This document shows positions 31,755 to 41,809 of a DNA stretch of 64,000 nt, piece by piece. The notes beneath the pieces were generated by a model. That model was not told the DNA's origin. It saw only the letters and a program-made list of their open reading frames with translations, and searched no databases. The DNA comes from Minisyncoccota bacterium (GTDB lineage: Bacteria; Patescibacteriota; Minisyncoccia; Phycocordibacterales; UBA918), in contig JAIPIB010000003.1 of assembly GCA_021734905.1 (NCBI GenBank), forward strand, positions 1,334 to 65,333, in the 5' to 3' direction. The position numbers were made by a program, and so were the translations under genes. The first letter of the stretch is position 1. Every line of letters starts with the position of its first letter.

Positions 31755-31840
31755 ATGCATAGAAATTACGAAATTTCTGTTTCATACTCACAACTCTGTA
31801 CGATGTAGGCTTCTTCATCTTATTAATTTGATATACTTTT

Positions 31841-32467
31841 ATGATGAAATTATTTAAACAGTTTTCACTATCAAATTTAAGTCTTACGGTTCGATTTCTT
31901 ACTGTATCTGATGCAGTTCTTTCAGTTGGTCTCGGACTCTTCGGTCCTATTTTTGCTATCTATATCACTCAACAAATTGAAACCGAAAATATATTAGGTG
32001 TCATTGGTATAGGAACTTCAATATATCTTTTTATGCGGAGTATTGGTCAAATGCCGCTAGCGATAATTATTGATAAAATCAAAGGCGAAAAAGATGATTT
32101 TTACGTTCTTTTAACTGGAAGCATTATTTTTATCATTGTGCCTATACTGTACATATTTATTTCTGAAGTATGGCATCTTTTTGCTATACAATTTATTTAC
32201 GGACTAGGAGCAGCGTTAGTATCACCAACATGGCTTGCGATATTTACGCGACATATCGACAAAGGAAAAGAAGGTCTTGAATGGGGTATATATCAAACCA
32301 CTGTCGATATGTCAGGAGCAATTGCTGCGCCAATAGGTGGTTTCATTGCATCATTGTACGGGTTTACAGCTGTTATGATTTCTGCGTCTATAATTGCAAC
32401 AATCAGTAGTATATTTATTTTTGCAATACGAGACGATCTGCGCTTAAAAAATAAACCAAATAAATAA
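31841..32467 (+). CDS. Half-size (6-TM) MFS transporter
   Basis: PIFAIYI, IIDKIKG, QFIYGLGAA..P.W, G...AAPIGG; only 208 aa. Confidence 0.8.
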   Translation: MMKLFKQFSLSNLSLTVRFLTVSDAVLSVGLGLFGPIFAIYITQQIETENILGVIGIGTSIYLFMRSIGQMPLAIIIDKIKGEKDDFYVLLTGSIIFIIVPILYIFISEVWHLFAIQFIYGLGAALVSPTWLAIFTRHIDKGKEGLEWGIYQTTVDMSGAIAAPIGGFIASLYGFTAVMISASIIATISSIFIFAIRDDLRLKNKPNK

Positions 32468-32525
32468 TCAGATCTGTGTCTAATACTATTGTAGTAGGAC
32501 GAGAATCTTACTACGTATCTTAATT

Positions 32526-33251
32526 ATGAACCCAAAATTACTGCCAATTACTGCAATTACAAAAAAGGATATCCTAATTCTGGAAGACGCCTCGGCACCA
32601 TTAGTAATTAGTCTTCCTGTACACGACATAATTGATGCAACATGGGTTCGTCTTACGTCAGAAAATAAAAATTTATATGAGGCACCACTGGTACGCTTTA
32701 TAGATTTTGTGGAAGATGATTATGAAATCCGTTTACGCACAGCAACCGACATAACCTACAAACATGTAGTTGGTCTTCGTAATACAGTTGATTTTTTAGA
32801 TAAAATTCCAAAAGAACAACTCTTTCAAGCTCTAACGGCTATTGCTATAGTAAAAACTAGTGATAATTTCACTATACTTGTAGAACGGGATACTGGTGAC
32901 TGGCCACACTCACTTGAACTTCCAGGTACATTCATTCGAACACATATTTACGAAAAAGGTCTTTACGAATCAACGTTGGATTTTTTACACGGTGACCTTG
33001 GAATTGCAAAAATGGACATCAAAAATCATTCTTTGATTGGAATTCTTGATTACATTTCAATTTGCGAAATGATGCTTGTGTATCAAATCAATCTATCCAT
33101 ATCTTTTAATGAACTCACTAAACTGTCACCAAAAAACATCTTTTCCTTACCAAAAGGTTACACCACCGAGAAGCATCTGAGCTTCTTTGAACTCCCTCTG
33201 CATGTACCTACACAGACAGTGCTCAATACTAACTTTAACCACCAATTTTAA
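32526..33251 (+). CDS. Hypothetical protein (possible degenerate Nudix fold)
   Basis: AIVKTSDN..ILVER...ELPG pattern; no intact Nudix box. Confidence 0.5.
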   Translation: MNPKLLPITAITKKDILILEDASAPLVISLPVHDIIDATWVRLTSENKNLYEAPLVRFIDFVEDDYEIRLRTATDITYKHVVGLRNTVDFLDKIPKEQLFQALTAIAIVKTSDNFTILVERDTGDWPHSLELPGTFIRTHIYEKGLYESTLDFLHGDLGIAKMDIKNHSLIGILDYISICEMMLVYQINLSISFNELTKLSPKNIFSLPKGYTTEKHLSFFELPLHVPTQTVLNTNFNHQF

Positions 33252-33276
33252 TACTTCCGCGTATTTATTGCCTCCT

Positions 33277-33403
33277 ACAGGTCCGACCTGTTTAGTGTCC
33301 ACAGTCTGCGTAAAACTTTAGTTTTTTACTAAGGTCTGACCTTTGTAGTGACCAATTCTAAATTTTTAGAATACTTATCTAGTTTCCACAGGTCCGACCT
33401 GTG
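33277..33403. repeat. Three REP-like palindromes (AGGTC[C/T]GACCT)
   Basis: acaggtccgacctgt at 33277, aaggtctgacctt at 33331, cacaggtccgacctgtg at 33387. Confidence 0.75.
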
Positions 33404-33508
33404 CAGGATTCTCTAATATCTCGCTGTTTGTTGCCGTTGATATACTTAAAGTTCAAAATAGTCTCTCAAGTGCTATAATTACTGTATTACTGTAGTAACA
33501 TATGGTCT

Positions 33509-34252
33509 ATGTTCCGAGAATCACTAAAATTAGTTAAGAATGAGAAGGAAGAAAAAAATGAGCTTGCAGCACTTATGGAAAGGCGTGAGGTTCTTTTTCA
33601 TGAACTACTCCAACTGCCTGCGGTAAAGGAAGCATCTCTGCTCTTAGATAAATTACCTAAGCTTGTATATCACACAAAAGAACACACTTTCGGTGAAGAT
33701 GGTGTCATTGCTGAAACAATTCTCTTCGGTCTCGCTGACAACATTTCACGCGGAGCACTAGAGCAACAAGTTATCGCAGCTGCATGGCACGATGTTGGAT
33801 ACCTTGAGCAATACACAAACAATGAACCTGTTGCAATAAAACTTTTCACAGAAAGTGAGGCCTACAAGCAACTTGGTCCAGACATTCGCGATGAAATTGC
33901 TGCAAATATTGCAGATACAGCAATGGTCTTTAAGGATACTGGACCACACCTGCACATGTCACACAGCACCCTTGGATACATGATGGATGCAGATGTAAGT
34001 AATTTTGGAAGAACTGATTTTGAAGAGTGTAAGAAAAAAATAGCTCTTGAGACTGGCGTTGATCTTAGTGACCCAGCGCAGGAAGAAAAAATGGACAGAT
34101 TTGTTATTAACTTACTTGAGAACCACACATGGCACACCGAAGGTGCTCGAAAACTACGTGAAGAACAGAAACAAAAAAATCTTACATCTTTACGTTCTAA
34201 GTATCCAGATCTTAAGTCTGGATATGAAATCAAAGAAAGAAAAGCCGCGTAA
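33509..34252 (+). CDS. HD-superfamily phosphohydrolase
   Basis: YHTKEHT, AAAWHDVG, MDADV. Confidence 0.8.
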   Translation: MFRESLKLVKNEKEEKNELAALMERREVLFHELLQLPAVKEASLLLDKLPKLVYHTKEHTFGEDGVIAETILFGLADNISRGALEQQVIAAAWHDVGYLEQYTNNEPVAIKLFTESEAYKQLGPDIRDEIAANIADTAMVFKDTGPHLHMSHSTLGYMMDADVSNFGRTDFEECKKKIALETGVDLSDPAQEEKMDRFVINLLENHTWHTEGARKLREEQKQKNLTSLRSKYPDLKSGYEIKERKAA

Positions 34253-34356
34253 TCTTGATTTGAAAACACCAGCACCCAATCACAACAAAGAATACTCTCT
34301 TTGATGTTTGGTAAAGTTATCTTTACACACACATAAACACGCTATAGAATGCAAAT

Positions 34357-34569
34357 ATGCAAGAAAGTATACAAAATGAGGTGTCTCAATATCGAGCAAA
34401 CTTAAACGTAACGCAAGAAGAACTTGCGTGCGCTGTTGGGGTAAGTCGACAAACCATCATTGCGCTCGAGAAAGGTAATTATACGCCATCAATTCTTCTT
34501 GCACTTAAAATTTCACATTTTTTTAATATCCCAATCGAAACTTTATTTTCAATATCATATGAAAAATAA
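34357..34569 (+). CDS. XRE/Cro-CI HTH regulator
   Basis: [24 protein letters not shown]. Confidence 0.93.
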   Translation: MQESIQNEVSQYRANLNVTQEELACAVGVSRQTIIALEKGNYTPSILLALKISHFFNIPIETLFSISYEK

Positions 34570-34921
34570 TTTACTTGAGATACTCACCACACTTTGTTTG
34601 ATCATTATTGCTATATTGCTTCTTAATCCTTTTGATTTTTGGATGCCTGACATGATGGTACTAGGAATGCTTGCCGGAGCACTCGTCCTTTTTGGTATCT
34701 TCGCAAGCTTCATTCTTCGTGAAAAAACTATCGATGAACGTGACGCAATGCATGAGACACTCGCTGGAAGAAATGCTTTTCTTGCTGGTTCAACAGTTCT
34801 TATACTAGGTACAGTAGTTCAAGGATATACACACTCAGTCGATCCTTGGCTCGTTATTGCACTTATTACCATGATTGTTGCAAAATTCATGTCAAGAATG
34901 TGGAGTGATACAAACCTGTAA
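34559..34921 (+). CDS. 4-TM membrane protein (DUF2178-like)
   Basis: DERD motif between TMs; overlaps the HTH stop, a common pairing. Confidence 0.7.
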   Translation: MKNNLLEILTTLCLIIIAILLLNPFDFWMPDMMVLGMLAGALVLFGIFASFILREKTIDERDAMHETLAGRNAFLAGSTVLILGTVVQGYTHSVDPWLVIALITMIVAKFMSRMWSDTNL

Positions 34922-34990
34922 CTCAACTATCCCCAATTGAAATGTAAAGTTAACTTTACATTTCAAACTATCCAAACTATACTGGCATAC

Positions 34991-36613
34991 ATGCATGTAT
35001 ACAAAAAAATCTTTTTGATAAGTACTCTTATATTATTACTTGGGTTTTGCTACTACATTTTTTCGCCTTTATTTATAAAAATATCTATTAATGATGTTTT
35101 GCCTGTTGAACGGACCACGAGCTCCACTGACACTGCAATAATCCCTGACGTTACACGATACCCGATTACTGGAACATCTGGACATCCAGCACAAGGAACT
35201 GTTCAGCTTATTACTACTGATACGGAAAGGGTTATCCGCTATGAAGATTTTAAAACAATCAATGGACCTGATTTATTTGTCTATCTTAGTAAAGATATTG
35301 ATGGAAAGGAATTTATTAATCTAGGAGAAATTAAGGGAACTGAAGGCAACATTAACTATCTTATCCCTTCTGATGTTGACCTAGCAACATACCACTACGT
35401 TCTAACCTGGTGCAAACAATTTGGCGTCCTCTTTAACTACGCAGATATTATGTCTAACTCATCATCAACAGAAATTACGCAAACAACTTCAACCGACAAC
35501 ACTTCTACACAAACTTCGAGTGAAGTATCACCTTCAATTACGGTGCCCCCAGCTGCACCTGTTATAAAAAAGACAGCTCTTCTTGCGAACGGATGCTTCT
35601 GGTGTGTTGAAAATGACCTAAAAAAAGTCACTGGTGTCATTGATGTAATTTCTGGGTATGCAGGGGGCAACACTGAATCGCCGACATATAAAAATTATAC
35701 AGAAGGCGGACATCGTGAAGTTGTACTTGTTACTTATAACGCCTCAGAAATTACCTTCGCAAATTTAGTTGAACACATAATTAAGCATGGCGACCCAACA
35801 GATTCTCAAGGATCATTTAATGATAGAGGGGAGGAATATGCTCCTGCAATTTACTACGAGAATAGTACTGAAAAAGCAGAGGCCGAACGTGTTATTCAAG
35901 CAATTGATATGCTCGGGATTTTTAATAATCCACTCCCCCTTCCTGTATTACCACGAGCAATCTTTTGGCCAGCAGAGGATTACCATCAAGATTATGCAAC
36001 GAAGAACCCTATCAGATATACCTATTATAGAAGTGCTTCAGGCAGAGATAGTTTTATTAAAAAATACTGGAGCGGTTCAGAAAATACATTTGTCGTACCG
36101 AAGCTTGAAGTTGAGTCTGGTGCAATATTACCCAGTGATGTCATTTCGAAAGAAGAATCTTGGACACAATTTTTAAAACCTTCAAATGACATTCTCCAGT
36201 CACTTCTTACTCCACTTCAATATAAAGTGACTCAAAAAGACGGAACTGAAAGCCCTTACACAAATATCTACGACAAACTTTATGATGATGGAGTTTATGT
36301 AGATATTGTTTCTGGTGAGCCTCTCTACCTATCAAAAGACAAGTACGATTCTGGAACTGGATGGCCTTCCTTTGTTAAACCCATTTCTCTAGAGGCGGTA
36401 ACACTCAAGGAAGATAACGGTTTGTTCTCGAAAAGAACTGAGGTTCGATCAAAATATGCTGACTCACACCTTGGACACGTCTTTGACGATGGGCCTGCTG
36501 ATCGTGGTGGAAAGCGCTACTGTATGAACTCAGCAGCATTACGATTTATACCTCGCGATATGATGGAACAAGAAGGCTATGCTTATATCTTTCCACTTAT
36601 GGATACCGAATAA
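34991..36613 (+). CDS. msrAB: Membrane-anchored DM13-MsrA-MsrB methionine sulfoxide reductase fusion
   Basis: TM; DM13 (GPDLFVYLS..WCKQFGVLF); MsrA GCFWC, AEDYHQDY; MsrB SGTGWPSF, HLGHVF, RYCMNS. Confidence 0.92.
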   Translation: MHVYKKIFLISTLILLLGFCYYIFSPLFIKISINDVLPVERTTSSTDTAIIPDVTRYPITGTSGHPAQGTVQLITTDTERVIRYEDFKTINGPDLFVYLSKDIDGKEFINLGEIKGTEGNINYLIPSDVDLATYHYVLTWCKQFGVLFNYADIMSNSSSTEITQTTSTDNTSTQTSSEVSPSITVPPAAPVIKKTALLANGCFWCVENDLKKVTGVIDVISGYAGGNTESPTYKNYTEGGHREVVLVTYNASEITFANLVEHIIKHGDPTDSQGSFNDRGEEYAPAIYYENSTEKAEAERVIQAIDMLGIFNNPLPLPVLPRAIFWPAEDYHQDYATKNPIRYTYYRSASGRDSFIKKYWSGSENTFVVPKLEVESGAILPSDVISKEESWTQFLKPSNDILQSLLTPLQYKVTQKDGTESPYTNIYDKLYDDGVYVDIVSGEPLYLSKDKYDSGTGWPSFVKPISLEAVTLKEDNGLFSKRTEVRSKYADSHLGHVFDDGPADRGGKRYCMNSAALRFIPRDMMEQEGYAYIFPLMDTE

Positions 36614-36627
36614 TATATAATTCTTAT

Positions 36628-36999
36628 ATGAGTAAAATACTTGAGTTACTAAAAATAACAGGAATACCAGTTGTACTCGCATCACTGTGTTGCCTATCCC
36701 CTATTATTCTCGTTCTTTTAGGTGTTTCAACAGTGAGCTTCGCATCTTCGCTTTCTGATACATTTTATGGTGATTATAAATGGGCCTTTAGACTCGTTGG
36801 CCTTCTAGCATTACTTCTATCTCTTGCCTATTATCTCCGTCGTAAAAAAGGAATTTGTACCATAGACGACGTTAAACGAAGACGCAATGAAGTTATAAAT
36901 TACCTCGCGCTAACTGTCGTGGGAGGTGTCCTTGGATATATCTTTTTTCTCTATGTCGTTGTTCACTATACAGGCGTCTGGCTTACACTTTGGAAGTGA
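36628..36999 (+). CDS. 3-TM MerT-like membrane protein with vicinal CC
   Basis: ASLCCLSP in the first TM, GIC in a loop. Confidence 0.65.
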   Translation: MSKILELLKITGIPVVLASLCCLSPIILVLLGVSTVSFASSLSDTFYGDYKWAFRLVGLLALLLSLAYYLRRKKGICTIDDVKRRRNEVINYLALTVVGGVLGYIFFLYVVVHYTGVWLTLWK

Positions 37000-37040
37000 T
37001 CAAGTATTCAAATAGTTAAACTGATGTCTCGTGTCTGTAA

Positions 37041-37463
37041 CTATTTCCAAAAGACAGTTACAAAAACTCCAAGTGTTACAAGCATCCCTCCAACCACATT
37101 TCCCATAGTCGGTTTTTCAGCAAGGAAGACAAATGCCAAGACTATTGTGAGTGCAATACTTATCTTATCAATTGGGGCGACTCGCGAAACTTCTCCGAGC
37201 TGTAACGCTTTGTAGTAGAAAAGCCATGAGACTCCTGTTGCAAGTGCAGAAAGAAAAATGAAAATATAGGAGTATCTTGATATTTTAAACATATCTGAGG
37301 CATTGCCCTGAATAAAAACAATCGTCCATGCGAAAAACACAATGACAATAGTTCTGAGTGCAACGGCAAGATTACTATCGACGCCCTTAATGCCAATTTT
37401 TCCAAAAATAGCAACGAGAGAAGCGAAGAACGCAGACAGGAGTGCATAAATTGCCCAGTTCAT
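37041..37463 (-). CDS. EamA family transporter (single domain)
   Basis: YALLSA..K.GI..VDS..A..R, YYKALQLG.VS.VAPIDK. Confidence 0.9.
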   Translation of the reverse strand: MNWAIYALLSAFFASLVAIFGKIGIKGVDSNLAVALRTIVIVFFAWTIVFIQGNASDMFKISRYSYIFIFLSALATGVSWLFYYKALQLGEVSRVAPIDKISIALTIVLAFVFLAEKPTMGNVVGGMLVTLGVFVTVFWK

Positions 37464-37478
37464 ATACGAATTATTATA

Positions 37479-38123
37479 TCATTCTTGCACTCCTGTCTGC
37501 CTTCTTGCTCTCATATACAATACAAATATTCCGATGAGGACGACGAGAGCGACTGAGATTTCAATGTAAGTTTCGACTTGTGATGATTGTTCAATAAGTA
37601 TCATTAGTGCCTCCAACCCAATATAGCCAGCATAGAGATAGAAACTATCTCTAAAAATTGTTCCTATAAATGTCGATACAACAAATACACGAAGTGGAAT
37701 CTTGAGAAGACCAGCACCAACAGAAAGAAGAACACTTGGAACAAATGGGAGTGCTCTAAAGATTGTGAGTAAAACGTAGTCCTTAAATCCGTTTCCGAGT
37801 TTACTACCAAGGAGATCAACGTCGTTTTGTGTCACATTGAAAAATCGACCAAATTTATTAATAACAAAATCTTCAGATTTGCTCGCAATCGCATAGACGA
37901 CAAGTGCACCAAGAGTCTTCCCACAGGCACCAATAAGAACAAGTGGAACAAGTGCATACAAAGTACGCTCCTGCACTGCAGCAAAAGACCCAAGGACAAC
38001 CATAACAGTTGGAGATGGTATAGGGGCAACAACTTCTTCAACAAATGAAGCAAAGAAAGCAAACGCCTCGAGTGAGAGTGTATGAATAGTCGAAATAAGG
38101 ATTTCTTCCAGATATAAAAACAT
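37479..38123 (-). CDS. DedA/VTT family membrane protein
   Basis: EE..APIPS, FRALPFVP, SVGAG. Confidence 0.85.
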   Translation of the reverse strand: MFLYLEEILISTIHTLSLEAFAFFASFVEEVVAPIPSPTVMVVLGSFAAVQERTLYALVPLVLIGACGKTLGALVVYAIASKSEDFVINKFGRFFNVTQNDVDLLGSKLGNGFKDYVLLTIFRALPFVPSVLLSVGAGLLKIPLRVFVVSTFIGTIFRDSFYLYAGYIGLEALMILIEQSSQVETYIEISVALVVLIGIFVLYMRARRQTGVQE

Positions 38124-38161
38124 AGTGACTCAAGTATATCAACTACGACAGTAAATGTGTA

Positions 38162-39214
38162 TTACTTTCCACTTCCATAATATTCCTTCAATAATTTCAC
38201 ATGACCTTCATACGTTGACGAACAGTGAAATCCGGCCTGTTTATCATGAAAATAAAACATACAATCAGTCTTTCGTGGATTAAGGGCAGCCAAGATTGAG
38301 TCAATTGATGGATTCGCTATAGGAGATGGAGGGAGACCGGAGTTTTTGTAGGTATTATATACTGATGCAATATATTTATCTGAGGGAACAACTTTCGGCC
38401 ACCATGTAGCCACATCTTTACTCCCCTTTGCATACTGGAGCGTTGCATCAATTTGCAAATTCATATCGATAAATAACCTATTCCAGATAACTCCAGAGAT
38501 AAGTCGCATATCAACAAAATCATACGCTTCACGCTCAAGCATAGATGCTATGGTTAATATATCTGCAAGAGGAACCTGTTTCTCAGTATCATCTCCATAT
38601 CGAGAAAATACCTCATCATCAAATCTTTTAATGATCAGTGTTGAAACATCATTCGGTGTTGCACCACGAGCCACTGTGTATGTGCCTGGGAAAAATTTAC
38701 CATCTGGGATTTCTGGAGCTGTATTAATAATTTGATCCAAAAATTCCTGCTTCGATGACGTATCCCATTTTAGAATTTCTGCAAAATGGTCTGCTATTTG
38801 TTCTTTCCGTTCACCTGGCTCTATAACAAGGAGTCTGCTGGAGAGTGAGGCAATATTCTGGTACAACCCCACGAGTGCAAGTTTTCCAAGTGCATGTTCA
38901 ATCCAACCTGTCTTCGACGCAACAATTCCTTCCTTTAACATACGATCTTCAAAATATAACTCTACCAGCGGACTCTCAATAATTTCTTTCCGTATTGGGT
39001 AAACTCCAACTGGAAATTTTTGAGTAAATTTCTGCATTTCATCAAAGGCTATACCTCCAGTATCAGGGATGTATTCTTGTGCCTTTTGCTTCCCTAAAAG
39101 GACAAAAAATACAACACTTACAGCGAATAGAATCAGTACAAGGATACTTAGAAAATATACTGTTTTATATACGATTTTTTTATTTGCACAGGTTTTTAAC
39201 TTAGATAAATGCAT
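38162..39214 (-). CDS. mltG: Endolytic transglycosylase MltG
   Basis: TIASMLERE, NRL...M.LQIDAT, YNTYKNSGLPPSPIANP. Confidence 0.9.
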   Translation of the reverse strand: MHLSKLKTCANKKIVYKTVYFLSILVLILFAVSVVFFVLLGKQKAQEYIPDTGGIAFDEMQKFTQKFPVGVYPIRKEIIESPLVELYFEDRMLKEGIVASKTGWIEHALGKLALVGLYQNIASLSSRLLVIEPGERKEQIADHFAEILKWDTSSKQEFLDQIINTAPEIPDGKFFPGTYTVARGATPNDVSTLIIKRFDDEVFSRYGDDTEKQVPLADILTIASMLEREAYDFVDMRLISGVIWNRLFIDMNLQIDATLQYAKGSKDVATWWPKVVPSDKYIASVYNTYKNSGLPPSPIANPSIDSILAALNPRKTDCMFYFHDKQAGFHCSSTYEGHVKLLKEYYGSGK

Positions 39215-39223
39215 ATTCTTTTA

Positions 39224-39859
39224 CTATTTCATATCCATTTCAACAAGCTTCCAACCACACGTGCCACCTTGTGTCTTCCCAACATATTCCAGATGCGCAA
39301 CACCAGCATTTTTCATTCGTTTAACATACAGAAATGTAAACATAAGATCACGGATACTTAGCATCCTGTTGTCACACATATATGAAATCATGAGATTAAT
39401 AAATATTGTATGTGACACAACAATGACCGATTCGTACGTACCTTGCAACGACTCAAGATATCTAAGTGCTTTTTTGGCACGTCCACTTATATCAAACGGA
39501 TTTTCGGCATCCTCATATCTCCACGAAGGATCATTTCTATGAAGTACTGAGAGCACAATATACCAAAATGTACCTGGGCCAAAATGAGATTTTCCAGACA
39601 ATTTTGAAGGTCTCATTATTTCATAAAAAAGATTATCTTGTTTTGCAGACAATCCAACACAAGAGCCGATTATTTTTGCTGATTCAACTGCGCGAGTATA
39701 TTCACTCGTTAGGAGCAAATCTGGATTTACCCCCCTTAAAAGCTCTCCTGTCGTCAGTACAGCTTCCTTTCCACCCTCTGATAATCCGGTATTTGGTGTT
39801 TGATGAATATGTTTTTTATTTAACTCAGTCTCACCATGGCGTACGAAATAAACATGCAT
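39224..39859 (-). CDS. Histidine phosphatase family protein
   Basis: RHGET, TRAVESA, VVSH. Confidence 0.9.
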   Translation of the reverse strand: MHVYFVRHGETELNKKHIHQTPNTGLSEGGKEAVLTTGELLRGVNPDLLLTSEYTRAVESAKIIGSCVGLSAKQDNLFYEIMRPSKLSGKSHFGPGTFWYIVLSVLHRNDPSWRYEDAENPFDISGRAKKALRYLESLQGTYESVIVVSHTIFINLMISYMCDNRMLSIRDLMFTFLYVKRMKNAGVAHLEYVGKTQGGTCGWKLVEMDMK

Positions 39860-39870
39860 AAAAAATAAAA

Positions 39871-40914
39871 CTACACTAACTCCTTACAATGTTCCACGAG
39901 GAGCAACTCAAGCGGCAACTCAGGTACAGAGCATCTATTGATATAATCGCCCATATCAAGTGCTTTTATCATAAGATGCGAATTAATTGAAGTAACAGAA
40001 TCAGCAGCATACTCAGAGATGAATGCCATATCTTCAACACCATATTGTTCAGTGCATGTCTTCAAGCTCCCTGGATTATGTCGCAATATGATAATACTCC
40101 GGAACCTTTCAAGAAGAAGCGTATAAAAAAGTTTCATATCTGCATGAGCCTCGTGTGCTTTCGCTAACGCTTGAAGGCCTTTTTCGACATCCTTTGTTGC
40201 AAAAGCAGTAAGTACTTCTTGCAATAAAATATTTTTAGGTGCACCAACAACTTGAGACACCTCATCAGTTGTCAAAGATGTATCTGTTGAGGCCATCATC
40301 ACTTTCTGGGTAATTCCGAGAGCATCCCTATATGAACCGTCGGCAGCGAGTGCAATGACGTCAGCAGCGCTCGAATCAAGTGAAAATTTTTCTTTTTTGG
40401 CGACACTCAAGATTACTTCCCGAAGTTCTGCACGGGTAGGGGCACGGAACTCAAAAACCTGACATCGTGATGTAATCGTATCAAGGAGTTTATCTTTTTC
40501 TGTAGTAGCAAGGATGAAAATAACATGTGACGGTGGCTCTTCAAGTGTCTTCAAAAGCGCATTGAACGCTTCTTTAGTAAGCATATGAACCTCATCAATA
40601 ATATATACCTTGTACGGTGATTCATAAGGCAGTGTATGAACTGATTCCTTAAGTTCACGAATATCATCAATACCACGGTTTGATGCAGCGTCTATCTCAT
40701 AGGTATCAACATCATGTGCTCCAACTGCTCTAGCAAAAATTCGAGCAACAGACGTCTTCCCTGTCCCTCGTGATCCAGTAAAAAGCAGTGCATGGGGAAT
40801 CATGCCTTTTTCAAGAGAACCCGCTAAAACATTAACAATATGGTCCTGATTACAGACATCCTCGAATGTCTCGGGCCTGTACTTTCTATACAGTGCGAGT
40901 GAAATATCGGTCAT
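39871..40914 (-). CDS. dnaX: DNA polymerase III gamma/tau (short)
   Basis: LYRKYRP, GSRGTGKTS, EIDAASNRG, IIDEVHML, LLKTLEEPP, SRC. Confidence 0.95.
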   Translation of the reverse strand: MTDISLALYRKYRPETFEDVCNQDHIVNVLAGSLEKGMIPHALLFTGSRGTGKTSVARIFARAVGAHDVDTYEIDAASNRGIDDIRELKESVHTLPYESPYKVYIIDEVHMLTKEAFNALLKTLEEPPSHVIFILATTEKDKLLDTITSRCQVFEFRAPTRAELREVILSVAKKEKFSLDSSAADVIALAADGSYRDALGITQKVMMASTDTSLTTDEVSQVVGAPKNILLQEVLTAFATKDVEKGLQALAKAHEAHADMKLFYTLLLERFRSIIILRHNPGSLKTCTEQYGVEDMAFISEYAADSVTSINSHLMIKALDMGDYINRCSVPELPLELLLVEHCKELV

Positions 40915-40934
40915 ACTAACAGTATATCAGAATC

Positions 40935-41768
40935 TTACTGAACATCATCCCAAGCTTCAAGGATTGCCAAAACATCATGTTCCAAACTCGAACTCTTGAG
41001 TATTGCTATTCCAACATCAGATCGCGCACCACTGCTCTCAAAGGCTCCGACGAAAGTATATTTTGCCTCGTCAGTGTATCCCTGTTTGCCTCCTATAAAC
41101 CGCTTATTTTTCTGAAGAGGATTGTTATTCACATAGCCTGTCCTTGCGTCAATATATGTATTCAGTTTCGTAATATCCAAAATAAGTGGTACAGATTCTT
41201 TAATACGCGAATAAAACAGAGCTAAATCTGTAATTGTAGAAACATTCTTAGGACTCAGTCCTGTTGGTTCAGAAATCAATGTATCGCGAAGCCCGATCTC
41301 TCCAACAAGCGATGTCATCAATAAATCAAATTCAGATCCAAAAAATCTCTCTATAGCAACTCCTGCGTCGTTCGATGATTCAATAAGTAAAGGAAAGAGA
41401 AGTTCGTGTGGCGTCGTATCCATTCCTACAATAAGTTTGCCGGATCTCCCCTCAGCATAAGTGTCATTTGCTAAAATAATGAATTTTTCGTCTTTTTTCA
41501 CACTTTTCATGACCAATGCACCTGTAAAGAGCTTTGTGATTGAGGCAATTGGATGTATCTCACCGAGATTTCTTCCGTCAAGAACTACTCCTGTTTCTGG
41601 GTCAAAAACAGCCCACGTATCTGTTGTGAGTTCTGACGGTAAAATTTGGTAGTTTCTTTCTCCATCCTCAGCATGAGTAACCTCAGTTTTTTCTAACGGC
41701 ACCATCATGAGGCTCATCATTATGATACCTACAGTAACAACACTAAAGAAAAATAATTTCTGTATCAT
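40935..41768 (-). CDS. D-Ala-D-Ala carboxypeptidase (S11)
   Basis: ASITK, SSN, GKQGYT motifs. Confidence 0.88.
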   Translation of the reverse strand: MIQKLFFFSVVTVGIIMMSLMMVPLEKTEVTHAEDGERNYQILPSELTTDTWAVFDPETGVVLDGRNLGEIHPIASITKLFTGALVMKSVKKDEKFIILANDTYAEGRSGKLIVGMDTTPHELLFPLLIESSNDAGVAIERFFGSEFDLLMTSLVGEIGLRDTLISEPTGLSPKNVSTITDLALFYSRIKESVPLILDITKLNTYIDARTGYVNNNPLQKNKRFIGGKQGYTDEAKYTFVGAFESSGARSDVGIAILKSSSLEHDVLAILEAWDDVQ

Positions 41769-41809
41769 AATTAAACTGTTGACTAAACCGCCCTAAAGAT
41801 GTTTGGGAA

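Noticed and set aside
33277-33403. CRISPR array
   Set aside because: Only three 11-17-nt palindromes, too short and variable, and no cas genes in the window.
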